The notes under the pieces are model-generated. The model ran no database searches, had not been told where the DNA came from, and saw only the letters and a program-made list of their open reading frames with translations. A DNA stretch of 64,000 nt, taken from assembly GCF_036588685.1 (NCBI RefSeq), contig NC_086383.1:17298001-17362000 (forward strand), in the 5' to 3' direction. Each line of letters begins with the position of its first letter. Position 1 is the first letter of the stretch. The translations under genes were made by a program, and so were the position numbers. Positions 27,520-41,189 of the stretch are shown piece by piece. This DNA is from Mytilus trossulus. Taxonomy: Eukaryota.

Positions 27520-30500
27520 TTTAATCTAACTATTTTGAATGAATCAGGTCGTTAACATCTAATTATTATGAACGATCTTGTCATCAACATCTATTTATTA
27601 TGAACGCATCATGTCATCAACATCTAATTATTATGAAAACGATCATGTCATAAACATCTAACTATCATGAACGAATCATAACGTTAACATCTGACTATAA
27701 TGAATGAATCATGTCGTTAACATCTTATTATTATGAACGAATCGGGTCGTAAACATTTAATTATAATGAACGAATCGGGTCGTTTACATCTAATTATTAT
27801 GAACAAATCATGTTGTTAACATCGAACTATAATGAACAAATCGGGTCGTTAACATCTAATAATAATGAACAAATCGGGTCGTTAACATCTAATTATAATG
27901 AACGAATCGGATCGTTAACATCTAATAATAATTAACAAATCGGGTCGTTAACATCTAATTATAATAAACAAATCGGGTCGTTAACATCTAATAATATTGA
28001 ACAAATTGGGTCGTTTACATCTAATTATAATGAACGGATCATGTCGTTAACATCTAATTATTATGAACGAATCGGGTCGTAAATTATAACATCTAATTAT
28101 AATGAACGAATCGGGTCGTTAACATCTAATTATAATGAATGAATCGGGTCGTTAACATCTAATTATAATGAACGAATCGGGTCGTTAACATCTAATTATA
28201 ATGAACAAATCGGGTCGTTTACATCTAATTATAATAAACAAATCGGGTTGTTAACATCTAATTATAATAAACAAATCGGGTCGTTTACATCTAATTATAA
28301 TGAACGGATCATGTCGTTAACATCTAATTAAAATGAACGAATCGGGTCGTTAACATCTAATTATGATAAACAAATCGGGTCGTTTACATCTAATTATAAT
28401 AAACAAATCGGCTCGTTAACATCTAATTATAATAAACAAATCGGGTCGTTTACATCTAATTATAATGAACAAATCGGGTCGTTTACATCTAATTATAATA
28501 AACAAATCGGCTCGTTAACATCTAATTATAATAAACAAATCGGGTCGTTAACATCTAATTATAATGAACGAATCGGGTCGTTAACATCTAATTATAATGA
28601 AAGAATCGGGTCGTTAACATCTAATTATAATAAACAAAATCGGGTCGTTTACATCTTATTATAATGAACGAATCGGGTCGTTAACATCTAATTATAATAA
28701 ACAAATCGGATCGTTAACATCTAATTATAATGAATGAATCGGGTCGTTTACATCTAATTATAATGAACGAATCGGGTCGTTAACATCTAATTATAATAAA
28801 CAAATCGGGTCGTTAACATCTAATTATAATAAACAAATCGGGTCGTTAACATCTAATAATAATGAACAAATCGGGTCGTTTACATCAAATATAATGAACG
28901 GATCATGTCGTTAACATCTAATTATTATGAACGAATCGGGTCGTAAAATATAACATCTAATTATAATGAACGAATCGGGTCGTTAACATCTAATTATAAT
29001 GAATGAATCGGGTCGTTAACATCTAATTATAATGAACGAATCGGGTCGTTAACATCTAATTATAATAAACAAATCGGGTCGTTTACATCTAATTATAATG
29101 AACAAATCGGGTCGTTTACATCTAATTATAATGAACGAATCGGGTCGTTAACATCTAATTAATGAACGAATCGGGTCGTTTACATCGAACTATAATGAAC
29201 GAATCGGGTCGTTAACATCTCATTTTAATGAACAAATCGGGTCGTTTACATCTACTTATTATGAAAAAATCATGTTGTTAACATCTAATATTTGTGAACG
29301 AATCGGGTCGTAAACATCGAACTATAATGAACGATTCGGGTTGTTAACATCTAATTATAATGAACGAATCGGCTCGTTAACATCTAATTATAATGAACAA
29401 TTCGGGTCGTTTACATCTAATTAATATGAACAAATCATGCTGTTAACATGTAATATTTGTGAACGAATCAGGTCGTTAACATCGAACTATATGAACGAAT
29501 CGGGTCGTTAACATCTAATTATAATGAAAGAATCGGGTCGTTAACATCTGATTATAATGAACGGATCATGTCGTTAACATCTAATTATTCTGAACGAATC
29601 GGGTCGTTAACATCTAATTATAATGAACGAATCGGGTCCTTAACATTTAATTACTGTTAACATCTAATTATTATGATCGAATCAATTTTAACGAACGAAT
29701 CGGGTCGTTAACATATATTTATTATGAACGGATCATCTTATATTTATGAACGAATCGGGTCGTTAACATATAATTATAATGAACGAGTCTGGTCGTTAAC
29801 ATCTAACGATACTGAATGAATCATGTCGTTAACTAAGCATCTTATTATTATGAACGAATCATTTCAGGTATATCTTATTGTTCTAAGGGCATACGATACA
29901 GTTACAGGGGAGGTAATGACGTTGCTAACGTAAAATGTTATTTTCGCGACGTCAAACTGTGACATATCGGGAAACGATGCCTTTTTCGACTGATTTTTAT
30001 CATTCAAACTGATTTAATTTGAAAACGAGTTCATGGACCCCTGTTTTTCAAAACAGCAATTTGTTTCATTTTGCAGGGAGATTATGTGACACAAATTTTA
30101 TAAACTGTAAATATAGGATTTTTTTTTAATGTTGATAAACATGCAGCAAAAAATGACGTATTTTCCTCAATTCATGAACATTTGATAAATATGAGTTATT
30201 TCTGAATCAAAAAATGGATATTTTTTCAGGGTGCTTATAAAATACAGAAATTACCGATTATTTAACAAAAAACAATTTGTGTTTATCTTTTATAACAAAA
30301 AAGTTATGTCTTTCTCTCGAAAAGAAATTATGGCCACAAATCTGAATTTTGAGCAATTTTACAAAATTTCGACCTCATTTTACTCAAAAAGTAGCACATG
30401 AAGGTATATTTTTTATAACATATTTGATTTAATCAGGTAAAAAATAGACTATATGCAAATTTTCACGAACTTGTAAATACAGGATCAAAACTGTATCGTA

Positions 30501-30620
30501 TGCCCTTACATCTAATTATGATGAACGAATCATTTTTTTAACATCTAATTATGATGAACGAAGCATTTTTAACATCTAATTATGATGAACGAATCATGTC
30601 GTTAACTTTTAATTATCATG
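27520..30620. repeat. 33-bp minisatellite/satellite array (~70 units), interrupted by a MITE
   Basis: Consensus AACATCTAATTATAATGAACGAATCGGGTCGTT; homogeneous centre, degenerate edges; resumes after 30508. Confidence 0.97.
29887..30505 (+). mobile_element. Kolobok-like non-autonomous DNA transposon, copy 1
   Basis: TIR GGGCATACGATACAGTT / AACTGTATCGTATGCCC with CTAA...TTAC flanks; full-length inverse homologue at 55000-55604. Confidence 0.85.
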
Positions 30621-31324
30621 AATTATTATGGGTTATGAATTGACTGACGTATGATATTTGGGAAATATGTAAAATCGATGATGCTTTTCCTAAGAAAGTT
30701 ATGTTTATATGAGAAGGGAATTTTGAAGAAAATAATATATGAGTTGGGGTAGGTTTGTTTAATCATGGTCAGCCGGACATCTGTTTCAAATTGTTTTCCG
30801 TTAAAAAATCTAACCAAGCACCAAAAAACCCCTGACATTAAGCTGACTCTGTACCTTTGTAAAAAGGTTAATCTTGGTCTCTTTCACGACAAGAATAGTT
30901 GTTATGCGCAAAAAAAGGTGTAAATAGTAGACTGTTTTCAGGTGAAAAGAACGAATTTACGCCTACAGAAAAACAAGATATGAAAATGAATCTTTTAGTT
31001 TATTGGAGGTGGGTAGTTACCTTTTTGTTGCGTTAAAAGACGTTTCTGGTGAATGTAAATCCTGAAAAGCGCTACGAATTCAAAATGTACAAGTGTTTGT
31101 TTCATCTCAGCGGCTTCTCGCATTGCATGGATTCAAAATGAATAAGTGTATTGCACCGGGTCGTAATATTACTGCGTGTGGATAGAATAGAATAAAACAG
31201 AATAGAAAATTTGATTATAAATGGGGTTTACATGGACATTTCAAATATAAGCTCTGTAAATTGTGGATTGTTTGACCAGCGTAGTAGTCAGTTTTTGGCC
31301 ACTGACAAAATTTATACTATACAC

Positions 31325-31603
31325 TTACAGCCGATTACATTGAGTGTGTTGGCAAAGATAATATCTTTGTTCGTTCGCTTGCTAGCATGACCGTGAGGTC
31401 ATTAAATGTAAGGAATACTACCCTCCTTTCGAAGTAGCCTAGTCCTACAGACAGATGATTGGTTATGTGTCGGACTAGTCTCCTCTTAAAGGACGGTAGT
31501 TTAATTTTCCTAATAAATGCATGGCTTCACGATTTAGCTAGCAACCAAGCTAACCAAATATATTACCTTTGTCTACACATGCACTCAATGTAATCGGTTG
31601 TAA
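31325..31603. mobile_element. Fold-back MITE (whole element an imperfect palindrome, TA-flanked CAG terminus)
   Basis: TTACAGCCGATTACATTGAGTG ... CACTCAATGTAATCGGTTGTAA with inner mirrored blocks (GCTAGC, CTAGTCC/GGACTAG). Confidence 0.75.
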
Positions 31604-31891
31604 TTATAATAGAGGTAGTTAGCTTTGCACTAGTTTTCAGAAAGCTGCTCAAGTGCACCAACTAAATTAATTATAAAGTGCCGTTTTCATTTTCAGTTCT
31701 TTAACCTTAGTAAGATATTAAAAATTTGATAACGTAAGATTTGATCATAACCGCCTTCTAAGTCTAATCTTAACCAAAGTGTGAAATTAAATACTCACAC
31801 TTATTAGTTGTTAGCATTTTGGTGCCATTTCAATTGTTCTTATATCTGACCGATTTTAATATCATAGGGAACATATGTACTAAGTTTCAAT

Positions 31892-32020
31892 ATAAAAAAA
31901 AGATGTGGTTTGATTGCCAATGAGACAACTCGCCACAAGATACCAAAAACGACACAGAAATTAACAACTACAGGTCACCGCACGGCCTTCAACAATGAGC
32001 AAAGCCCATATCTCAGAGTG
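31892..32020 (+). repeat. Dispersed repeat family (AAGATGTGGTATGATTGCCAATGAGACAAC type)
   Basis: The same sequence occurs in reverse orientation at ~34370-34494 and ~50340-50456. Confidence 0.75.
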
Positions 32021-32814
32021 AGCTGATTGGACTCTAAATTTATCAAAAATTACCTCGACCAAAAAAGTTAACCTGAAGCGGGACAGACGGACAAACAGAC
32101 GAACGGACGAACAAACGAACGAACAGACGCACAGACCAGAAAACCTAATGCCCATAAAAGGGGCATAAAATACAAACACAAAAAAAATTAAAAAAATTAA
32201 AAAAAAAAAACATACAACGTAACCTAGATGAAAACATTATATCATTGTAACATAGAACAAAAAGGACAAAATGGAGGGAGGTTAGGAACCATTATAGTAT
32301 ACAACATTGAGTTTGTTGTAATATAACGACAGTATCGGAACTAGGGGACAAAGGCCGCCGCCCTGTTATAAAACTTTACGTATATTCTAGTTTATTGAAT
32401 GCGTATACTGCTTACAGGTATCACACTAAACGTTCCCGGCTTGACAGGTGCCCCCATCGCTTTATCAAAACCATGGTTCCGCACCAGTATGTAGCAATGG
32501 AGAGTACAACATTAAAGGATAATACTAAAGGTAATTTAGGGATATGTTATTGTGGTGATAATAAGACTAGGGACCATTATAGTAAAAAAAAACTTGGTTG
32601 ATTTTACATGAAAGAAGTTACACGGGGTGCTCATTTTCAAATTTCCGCTGTTGTACTTGTTTGACTTTATAACTATTTTGATCTGAGCGTCACTAATGAG
32701 GCTGCCGTATTCAATCATAATTCTGGAACCTTTGATAACTATTTTTAATGTTATCTCACAAACCTCTTTTTCTTTCTTTTTCCAAGATTACGTTTTCTTA
32801 TATTCTTTTTTATA

Positions 32815-33650
32815 ACCACCTCTATATCCCAAATACCCTTTTCTTACCCCTTATATATCACATGCCTACATTTTAAACCCTCTATCTCATATACCAACTT
32901 CTTACCCCTCATATATCTCATGCCCACTTTTTACCTCCTCTATCTCATATACCCACTATTTACCCCTCATCTCTCACAAGCAACTTTTTACCTCCTCTAT
33001 CTCATATACCTACTTCTTACCCCTCATAGCTCACAAGCAACTTTTTACCTCCTCTATCTCATATACCCACTTCTTATCCCTCATAGCTCACATGCCACTT
33101 TTTACCTCCTCTATCTCATTTACCCACTTCTTACCCCTCAAAGCTCACATGCCACTTTTTACCTCCTCTATCTCATATACCAACTTCTTACCCCCCATAG
33201 CTCACATGCCACTTTTTACCTTTTCTATCTTATATACCCACTTTTTACCCCTTATATCTCACATGCCCATTTTTACCTCCTCTATCTCACATACCCTATT
33301 CTTACCCCTTATATATCACATGCATACATTTTAAACCCTCTATCTCATATACCCACTTCTTACCCCTCATATCTCTCATGCCCACATTTTACCTCCTCTA
33401 TCTCATTTACCCACTTTTTACCCCTCATATCTTACATGCCCATTTTTTACCTCCTCTATCTCATATACCCACTTCTTACCCCTCATAGCTCACATGCCAC
33501 TTTTTACCTCCTCTATCTCATTTACCCACTTCTTACCCCGTATATCTCACGTGCCCACTTTTTACCTCCTCTATCTCATATACCCACTTCTTATCCCTTA
33601 TATCTCATGTACCCACTTTTTACCTCCTATATCTTACACCCCCCACTTCT
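32815..33650. repeat. 57-bp pyrimidine-rich minisatellite (~14 units)
   Basis: Unit ~TTTTTACCTCCTCTATCTCATATACCCACTTCTTACCCCTCATAGCTCACATGCCAC; produces the 19-aa-periodic spurious ORF 32920-33699. Confidence 0.93.
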
Positions 33651-33879
33651 TTTGCCACTAGATCCTGCTCCCCAGAATTGTGTCATCCCACTTGCCTGAA
33701 ATGAGGGTTTACTTAGACAGTCCACTTTTCACTATATAACTCATCGTTTTTTTAGTCAAACACAATCATTGATATAAAGTTTATATTCCCTAATGTCCAT
33801 TTCAGAGCATTACACATGGACCACTTTTGATATTGTATCGCAGTTTAACAAACAATCTTTTTAAAAGAGTTTTTTTCTC

Positions 33880-34494
33880 TGGCTGTTTATGACGTTTTGA
33901 CACTAAATCCATTGGATGTTGGATGTATACGGATTGATAGTTTAGTCTTAGATGCATGATTTGTTTTATTAGTTGTTAGTGGATTTGAACTAGCTGTCAG
34001 ATAACTGCTAGTACTCTCAGATCTGTTCATTGTGTCGGGATGTATAAGTACCCGGCCACGTCCACTTGTATTTTTGTCCATCTGATGAGTTAAGCCTTTT
34101 CAACTGATTTATATAGTTTGTTCTTATGTTGTACTGTTATATCACTGTCCCAGGTTAGGGGGAGGGTTGGGATCCCGCTAACATGTTTAACCCGTCACAT
34201 TATTTATGTATGTGCCTGTCCCAAGTCAGGAGTCTGTAATTCAGTGGTTGTCGTTTGTTTATGTGTTACATGTCTGTTTTTCGTTCATTTTTTTTTACAT
34301 AAATAGGGCCGTTAGTTTTCTCTTTTGAATTGTTTTACATTGTCTTATCGGGTTTTTTTATAGCTGACTATGTGGTATGGGCTTTGTTCATTGTTGAAGG
34401 CCGTACGGTGACCTATAGTTGTTAATGTCCGTGTCATTTTGGTCTTTTGGATAGTTATCTCATTGGCAATCATACCACATCTTCTTTTTTATAT
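33880..34494 (-). repeat. Longer copy of the dispersed repeat family
   Basis: Ends in CATTGGCAATCATACCACATCTTCTTTTTTATATT, the reverse complement of the copy at 31892; internal blocks are shared with 50228-50456. Confidence 0.7.
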
Positions 34495-36160
34495 TAACAA
34501 AATTTATACGAAATGATCAAAATAGAAAATTTTAACCATAATTTTTTTTAAAAGCTAGCACGGTAACTTATAGTTATTTTTTCATAATTTGAAGAACATA
34601 ATTCGCCCTACGATATATCAAAATAACACAGATTATAAAGACTTCTTGTACATAGTATTTTTTTTTTTTTTTTAAATTTTGAATCCAAGATTTCAGGATA
34701 TAAAGCCGCAAAATACCGTTGTCTCATTGACACTCAACATCTTTCTATATCTATCATATAATTATTGATTATCCGTTTTTAGTACTCTAGTCTCTGAGTT
34801 AGTACTATAACAGTCCGTACTACTATCTTGTTAAAAAGATCAGGTCTAGGTTTGTTATATATCTCAGCCGTTCAAAGTCGTGAGTCCAAGGCGAATTTTA
34901 CTGAATGATCTCTATATTTAATCAAAGGTCAAGCGGAAGGTTATAATGTGATAGCAGAAAAAATAGGCCTCAGATAAAAGCATGTGGTCTACAGCTTATT
35001 TTTATACAATGTAGGTCGCCTTGAGTTCAATGACCGGCCGATTTTGTAATCTATGTATGTACAGTATTACAATAGAATGATAAGTGCACATTTTTTATCT
35101 GCATGCCGTTTATCAAATTAACATACCAGCAAGTCCAAGTGCCATGAATAGTTTCCTAAAGAAACCTGTAAAAAAGGGGGGATTTGAGAAAGTAAGCAGC
35201 AAGCCGACGTCACAAATGAAGGAAATAAAGTTTAAAGTTACTTTTTTCCCCCGTTTCAATTCATTCATGTGTATGTTAACGATCGTCGGAAATATCTATG
35301 AGTATCTGATAAAATAAAAAAGAACAATTTAAATTCGTTTTGGAAAAGCACTGCACTAGGTATAGTCCAGTCGATTTGGGCAGATTTTAAACAAAATTGC
35401 TCAGATTGTGGTAAAATCATGATATCTGGCGTAGTAGTAATACTGATAACACAGGGTGGTAATGCCCTTTACCGTCAGGCGTCAAACGATTATTTTCGGC
35501 TACCGTTAGCGTCAAATTGGTTAAAATTTTACCGTGATTCGTCAAAATATCCTTATCGTGATGCGTCAGATGTCTCAAATAATTATCATTGTCGTTATTT
35601 TTGGAAAAAGTGTACATTTTATTGTCATGCACTGTGAATTACCGTTAACGTCATTTGGTAAGAATTTTTACCGTCATACGTCATGGAGATATACCCCCAT
35701 TATCATAACAGACTTATAATTTGGTACGTTCGACTCGCGTGTCGTCAACAATCACGAGACTTAGTGGCGCTCGCATGAAAACAGTTCCCAAGCCAAATCA
35801 CTATTAGATTTAAAAAAACAAATCATTTGAAACAAATATAAACAAAATAGAAAGAAGAATCCATGTAGTTATTGAAATAAATCTCAAGGCTTACCCCACA
35901 TATATAAAAGAACGAAGTCCTACATTAAAATCATAAAAGGACCAAAGAAGTAACAAAAACTATTGGACAATACAATATATAAATACTACTGTTTATCGTG
36001 GATGTATTTCTGCTAAGGAACCAAGTAAAAGTTGCATGATGCGATATCACAAGTAAATAAAAGAAGATTTGAGGTAAACGTCAATAAGACAGTTACCCAA
36101 CGACACATAATAATCAAAAGACCTCTAAATGTCAACATGCGATCAATGAGGTAAAATAAT

Positions 36161-36320
36161 CAGGGGCGGATCCAGCCATTTGAAAAATGGGGGGTTCCTA
36201 ACCCAGAGTAAAGGGGGGTTCCAACTATATGCTCCCATTCAAATGCGTTGATCGTCCAAAAAAAAGGGGGTTCCAACCGCTAGAACTCCCCCCCCCCCCC
36301 CCACTCTGGATCCGCCAATG
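36161..36320. mobile_element. Short MITE (CAGGGGCGGATCCAG TIR)
   Basis: CAGGGGCGGATCCAG ... CTGGATCCGCCAATG with internal GGGGGTTCC repeats. Confidence 0.7.
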
Positions 36321-38794
36321 GGTATTGATATATATGAGTATCTTAACTTCTCAATCTGTTAGTAAAACTGTATCAAAGGGAACTTTTATAGGGCTTAACG
36401 AAATGTCTAACTAAGCAACCATGTCCAATCGGAATGTCGACTTGATTCCGATAGAGAAGTAGGGAGAGTCATGCACACGGTCACACCATTTTAGACAATA
36501 AAAGGAGATATTGCAGGACAAAAGTTCTGTCAAATACACTGAATTTCAGTGGCTTCTTACAACATTCCTACAGGTCTTTTAACTTTACTGGTCATAATGA
36601 AATATTAGCTTTTATTATTTTTTTAGCGCCAGGTTGGTGTCTCAATGTCTCAATATTGACACAATTTCTCCTTTTATTCATCTCACATTTTAACATTCTG
36701 AAAAAAAAATTGTTCTCAACAATCCGTGACACATTAATTTTTTTGTATTAGTCCTTTTGAGAGAAAAACTTTCTGGTGGCTAAAGTGCGATAACTCTAAA
36801 TTAAAAAAAAAAACGTTGAAAATAAAATATATCATTTAACATATAATCTTGTTTTCGGGTTTCTCTAGTATAGACGAAAATCTAATATCTTTTTTCATTT
36901 TTAAATTAAAAAATATTTAGAAGGGATCATGTAACTTACTCAATAAAACCTGTTAGATAGCTTTAGATCTCAACAGGCATGCAGTTTTTAGTCACAAGAG
37001 TGTTATTGTGTCGTTTTGCTGGGTGTTTGTTTATTCTATATTGACTACAGGTATAAGTGGAGGATCGAATTCTCACGAAACATGCTTAACTTCGACTCAT
37101 TTGGGGTTGTCCAACGTCAGTTACCTCTGGCGTTTGTGAGTCTTGTTTGCTTTCATATTTTTTTTATGTTTTTTTTTTTCATTTACACGTTTCGGGGTTT
37201 AATTTTTCTCTGAATTAGTATACACTTTTGTGCAGGGGCCAGCAAAAGCCTGCCTCCGCGGGTGAGATTTTCTCACTGTGCTGAGACCCATTGATGACCG
37301 TCATGATCAGCTGTTTTCTACATTTTATGCACTAAAATACGTGGAATCCAAAAAGTAATAAATAAAGAAGAAAGGGTATCAAGATCCGTTTTGCTCCAAA
37401 AATGCTCCTTTGTTAATATCTAATTTAAAAACACAGAGAAGTATGAGGCGATTAAGAAAACTAGAAGGATAGTAGCGGGTTCTGTACCGAGGATTGCCGA
37501 ATGGATTTCTCATTTGATATTAACACAGATACTACAAACGAACAAACCATACCTTCCCTGTTTATTTAATATAATTTTAGCACACACAGAAAAAGGAAGA
37601 AGATTGGATTTTATGTTTATAATTCAGACAAAACCTAAAATATTGCGCCGATATGTTTTATGTGTTGGGGATATTTGTTTTCCATACAAAACTGAAAACA
37701 TTCAAATGACGGAAGCATTGTTGTGTTTTTATTTTATTCTCGTAAAAAAGTGAGCTCACAGATCCTCACATGATAGATATTGTAATAAATTATATTGAAT
37801 GCAAATACAAAAATATTAAAAACAAGATAATATATCCGTGTTAACACACTGGTCGTAAACACCAGACACAGGCGCTTGGTAATATGAACACGATTTTTAT
37901 TTAAAATTCTTTTTTGTTGTTGATTAAAATCAAAGATTTGTATACTGTTCTATACAAATCCTTGTTAAAATCGAATTTTCTTTATTCATATTACATATCT
38001 ATTACTATAATGTACATGTCTCACCTAGTTGAATGGATAGTAAAATTGGTATTTCCTCTGAGTCGTTTAAATCACTTGAAACTAGGTGAGACATGCGAGC
38101 CTCGACATGCACATTTTTTTTTAAAGCATTGTTATTTTTTTAACTTGTATCACCTGATTCGGAAATAATTCCAGAACGAGATTATTAGGTTTCTTACCAA
38201 AACATTAGAACAAAACTACCGAACTCTAAGGCAAGTTCAAAAGGAAGGTCCACAGAAACTGACAAAACCAAACCGCTGTATCAATTAACAGAACGGGTGA
38301 AAAACAACTACCATATTCCTGACTTAATACAGGCATTTTTTATGGTTCCATTATATTGACAAAAGTGGACAAGCTAACTAAACAGACAGAAAAGGATAAC
38401 GCACAGCATTTCAATAAATCTAAAGTGTAGATGGACAGAAAAAAATATAGAAAAGTTGTGAAAATAAACTCAGAGGATGTATACTATAGTTGTTAATTCA
38501 ATACACAAATGACTGCCTCACACTTTTTTTAATATGATCTGAGACTACTATAACATAGTAGTCTCAGATATGATAGATAACTTTCTGTGTTTTTTTGTGT
38601 AAATGATTGTTTGTTTTGAGATAATAACAAAGTGATGACTGCTGTATTTTGACTATTTTATTTATTATGTCTGGTTTGTTCATGCATCGTTGTAAATATA
38701 ATGAAATTTGATGCTACTGACATAAAAGTGAGAGGTTTAGCGCTATAAAAAAAGGTTCCATCCACCATTTTCTACATTTGAAAAGGCCTCTACT

Positions 38795-39182
38795 AATAGT
38801 TGTCAAAGGTACCAAGATTATAATTTAGTACGCCAGTCGCGCGTTTCGTCTACATAAGACTCATCAGTGACGCTCATGTCAAAATATTTATAAAGCAAAC
38901 ATGTACAAGTTGAAGAGCATTGACGATCCAAAATTCCAAAAAGTTGTGACAAATACGGCTAAGGTAATCAATGCCTGGGATAAGAAAATCCTTAGTTTTT
39001 CGAGAAATTTATTAAGTTTTGTAAACAGGAAATTTATAAAAATGACCACATTACTGATATGCAGGTCAACACCGAAATGTTGACTACCGGGCTGGTGATA
39101 CCCTCGGGGACGAAATGTTCACCAGCAATGGCATCGATCCAGTGGTGTAAATAGTTATTAAAGGTACCAGGATTATAATTTA
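38795..39182 (-). mobile_element. Non-LTR retrozyme-like monomer (~355-bp unit with terminal direct repeat)
   Basis: ~33-bp direct repeats AATAGTTRTYAAAGGTACCARGATTATAATTTA at 38795 and 39150; contains a type I hammerhead core; inserted inside another dispersed repeat. Confidence 0.75.
38830..38873 (-). ncRNA. Minimal type I hammerhead ribozyme (cleavage triplet mutated to GAC)
   Basis: Minus strand reads GCGUCA-CUGAUGA-GUCU-uaugu-AGAC-GAAA-CGCGCG-AC-UGGCGU: stem I, core, stem II, palindromic stem III. Confidence 0.75.
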
Positions 39183-41189
39183 CCAAGTCAGGAGTATGAC
39201 AGTTGTTGTCCATTCGTTTGATGTGTTTTGTCATTTGAATTTGCCATTTGATTAAAGGGACTTTCTGATTGAATTTTCCTCAGAGTTCAGTATTTGTGAT
39301 TTTACTTTTTATACAAAACAGAAAGAGAAACAGGTAACGGCAACAGATAAAAACTCGGGGTAAGAATTTATAGAACAGACAAAGGACAAAGGCAAATATT
39401 TCATGTATAATATGAACACAGAGAAGATTACCCCCGCACCCTTTGCCAAAAAAAAAATGTTTTTCATACATGTGCCTTCGGACTTTATGTTTTGAATTGT
39501 AATTTCACTTACCATTTTCGGTATTCATTCTATCATCCATAATAAAGTAACGAAAAGCCAAAAAAGAGACTCAAAGAACTAAATAGAAAAAAACCGAAAT
39601 GATCTTATTTTCTGTACCTAACATTTTTTGACTCTCAAGCTGACACCTTCACTCTTCAGGTTAGCAGGAACAATATGCTCTGTTATTTAATTTTGTCATA
39701 TTTGTGCATGGGATCGTTAAAGACCATGTTAGTTGTTCAAAGTATTGCTTGTCGAAGATTATACTACTAAGTTAACGAATGCTGCATTTGACTAGGAACT
39801 GCTCTATTCAGTCTCAAAAAATTTTGCACTCTTTCGACATTGCTTTCCCCTCTAATATCTGACACACAAAAAAAAATAGTTCTGCTGTAACATTCATCTA
39901 ACTTTTAATTATCAAAAAAGTATTGAAGGTTAAGCTTTTTCATGTCCAGCTGCACATATTACAGTGTTATCCAGATTCATCGTTATACGATGCGGGAAAA
40001 TTTGCTATAGTCAAATTCAATTTCAAATAAATAGATTTGTGTTTAACACCATTATGTGATCTGATGTGCAATGATTGATGTAATTATTGTTGGTCTTTAA
40101 TGCCATTTGTATCATTATTTGCTATTACATGGCGCCCGGTTTTTTAGTATGGAAAGTTGGGACACCCGGAGAGAACCACTATCCTTCGGCAAGGAAACTC
40201 TCAATCCTAGTCAATTAAGATTAGAGTCGAACCAAGCTACCACGTGTAGGGTTCGAGCTCTGAAATAAGCAGTGAAGCAGTGATTTTTATTAATAGAAAT
40301 TTTTTTTCTCACTCTATCCAGTTTTCGTTTGATATATAGTTTTATTTTCTTTTATTCAAATTAAAGAAACAAAGACGTTTTAAAATGAAGAAAGTAAAGT
40401 AGCTGAGTGCATAGTTTTTCCAAACATATTCTTTTATCGCTAGGAGGCTGTCTCGGCTAGAAAACTTTCGGAAATTGACAGTTTGTATAAACACATATTG
40501 AATACGTACAATCTGCATATCTATTGTCAACTACGATTAACCAATGCATTATTGTTCTGTGCAATTGGACAAACAATTAGTCGATAGGTACTCAATTCTT
40601 TTTTCTGATCATTTAAAAATGTTGCAGGGGCACTAGACTCACACGAAATGACGAATGACAAGAATTTGTTGATGTAAAAAGGGAGAGAAACCATAACTGA
40701 CACATTTAGTCTTAGAATATTGAAATATCTGAACATACAGAATGTTGTTTTATACTAAATCAATTATTTTGAATTTCATTTGATGTAAGTTTTAACGAAG
40801 AGATTTTACAGATTTTATTGTACACTCTGACAGTTCACACTGTAACAAGAGGCAGTGAAGATGTAGTGAAGTCAGTAGGCTGTTTCTTTGAGATAATCGG
40901 ATGATTTAACTATAACTGATTCTGTTGTATTATTTGTTTCGAGCGTCACGTATGAGTTGATTGTAAACCGTGAAACTCGCGTCTGGCCTACAAATGATAA
41001 GATTGGTATCTTTGATGAATTTTTGTGTATATTTGTTTGTAACTTTAACTTGGATATCTTATTAGGTCTTTCCACTTTTCTGTGGAAAGACCTATTGTTT
41101 TCTTTTGTTTTTTTTTGTTTCTACCTCCTAATTTTGTTCTTGCGAAAAATATTTGTTTCGCAATATGTCGCTTAGATATTTTGTATATG

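Noticed and set aside
27520-30620. CRISPR-like appearance of 33-bp repeats
   Set aside because: Units are head-to-tail with no unique spacers, there are no cas genes, and the context is eukaryotic.
32920-33699. 259-aa ORF with 19-aa periodicity
   Set aside because: Translation of a 57-bp G-poor minisatellite that seldom forms stop codons; no domain or splice evidence.
34078-34112. CTGATGAG followed by a short stem (possible hammerhead)
   Set aside because: The stem is followed by TGATT rather than GAAA, so the catalytic core is incomplete.
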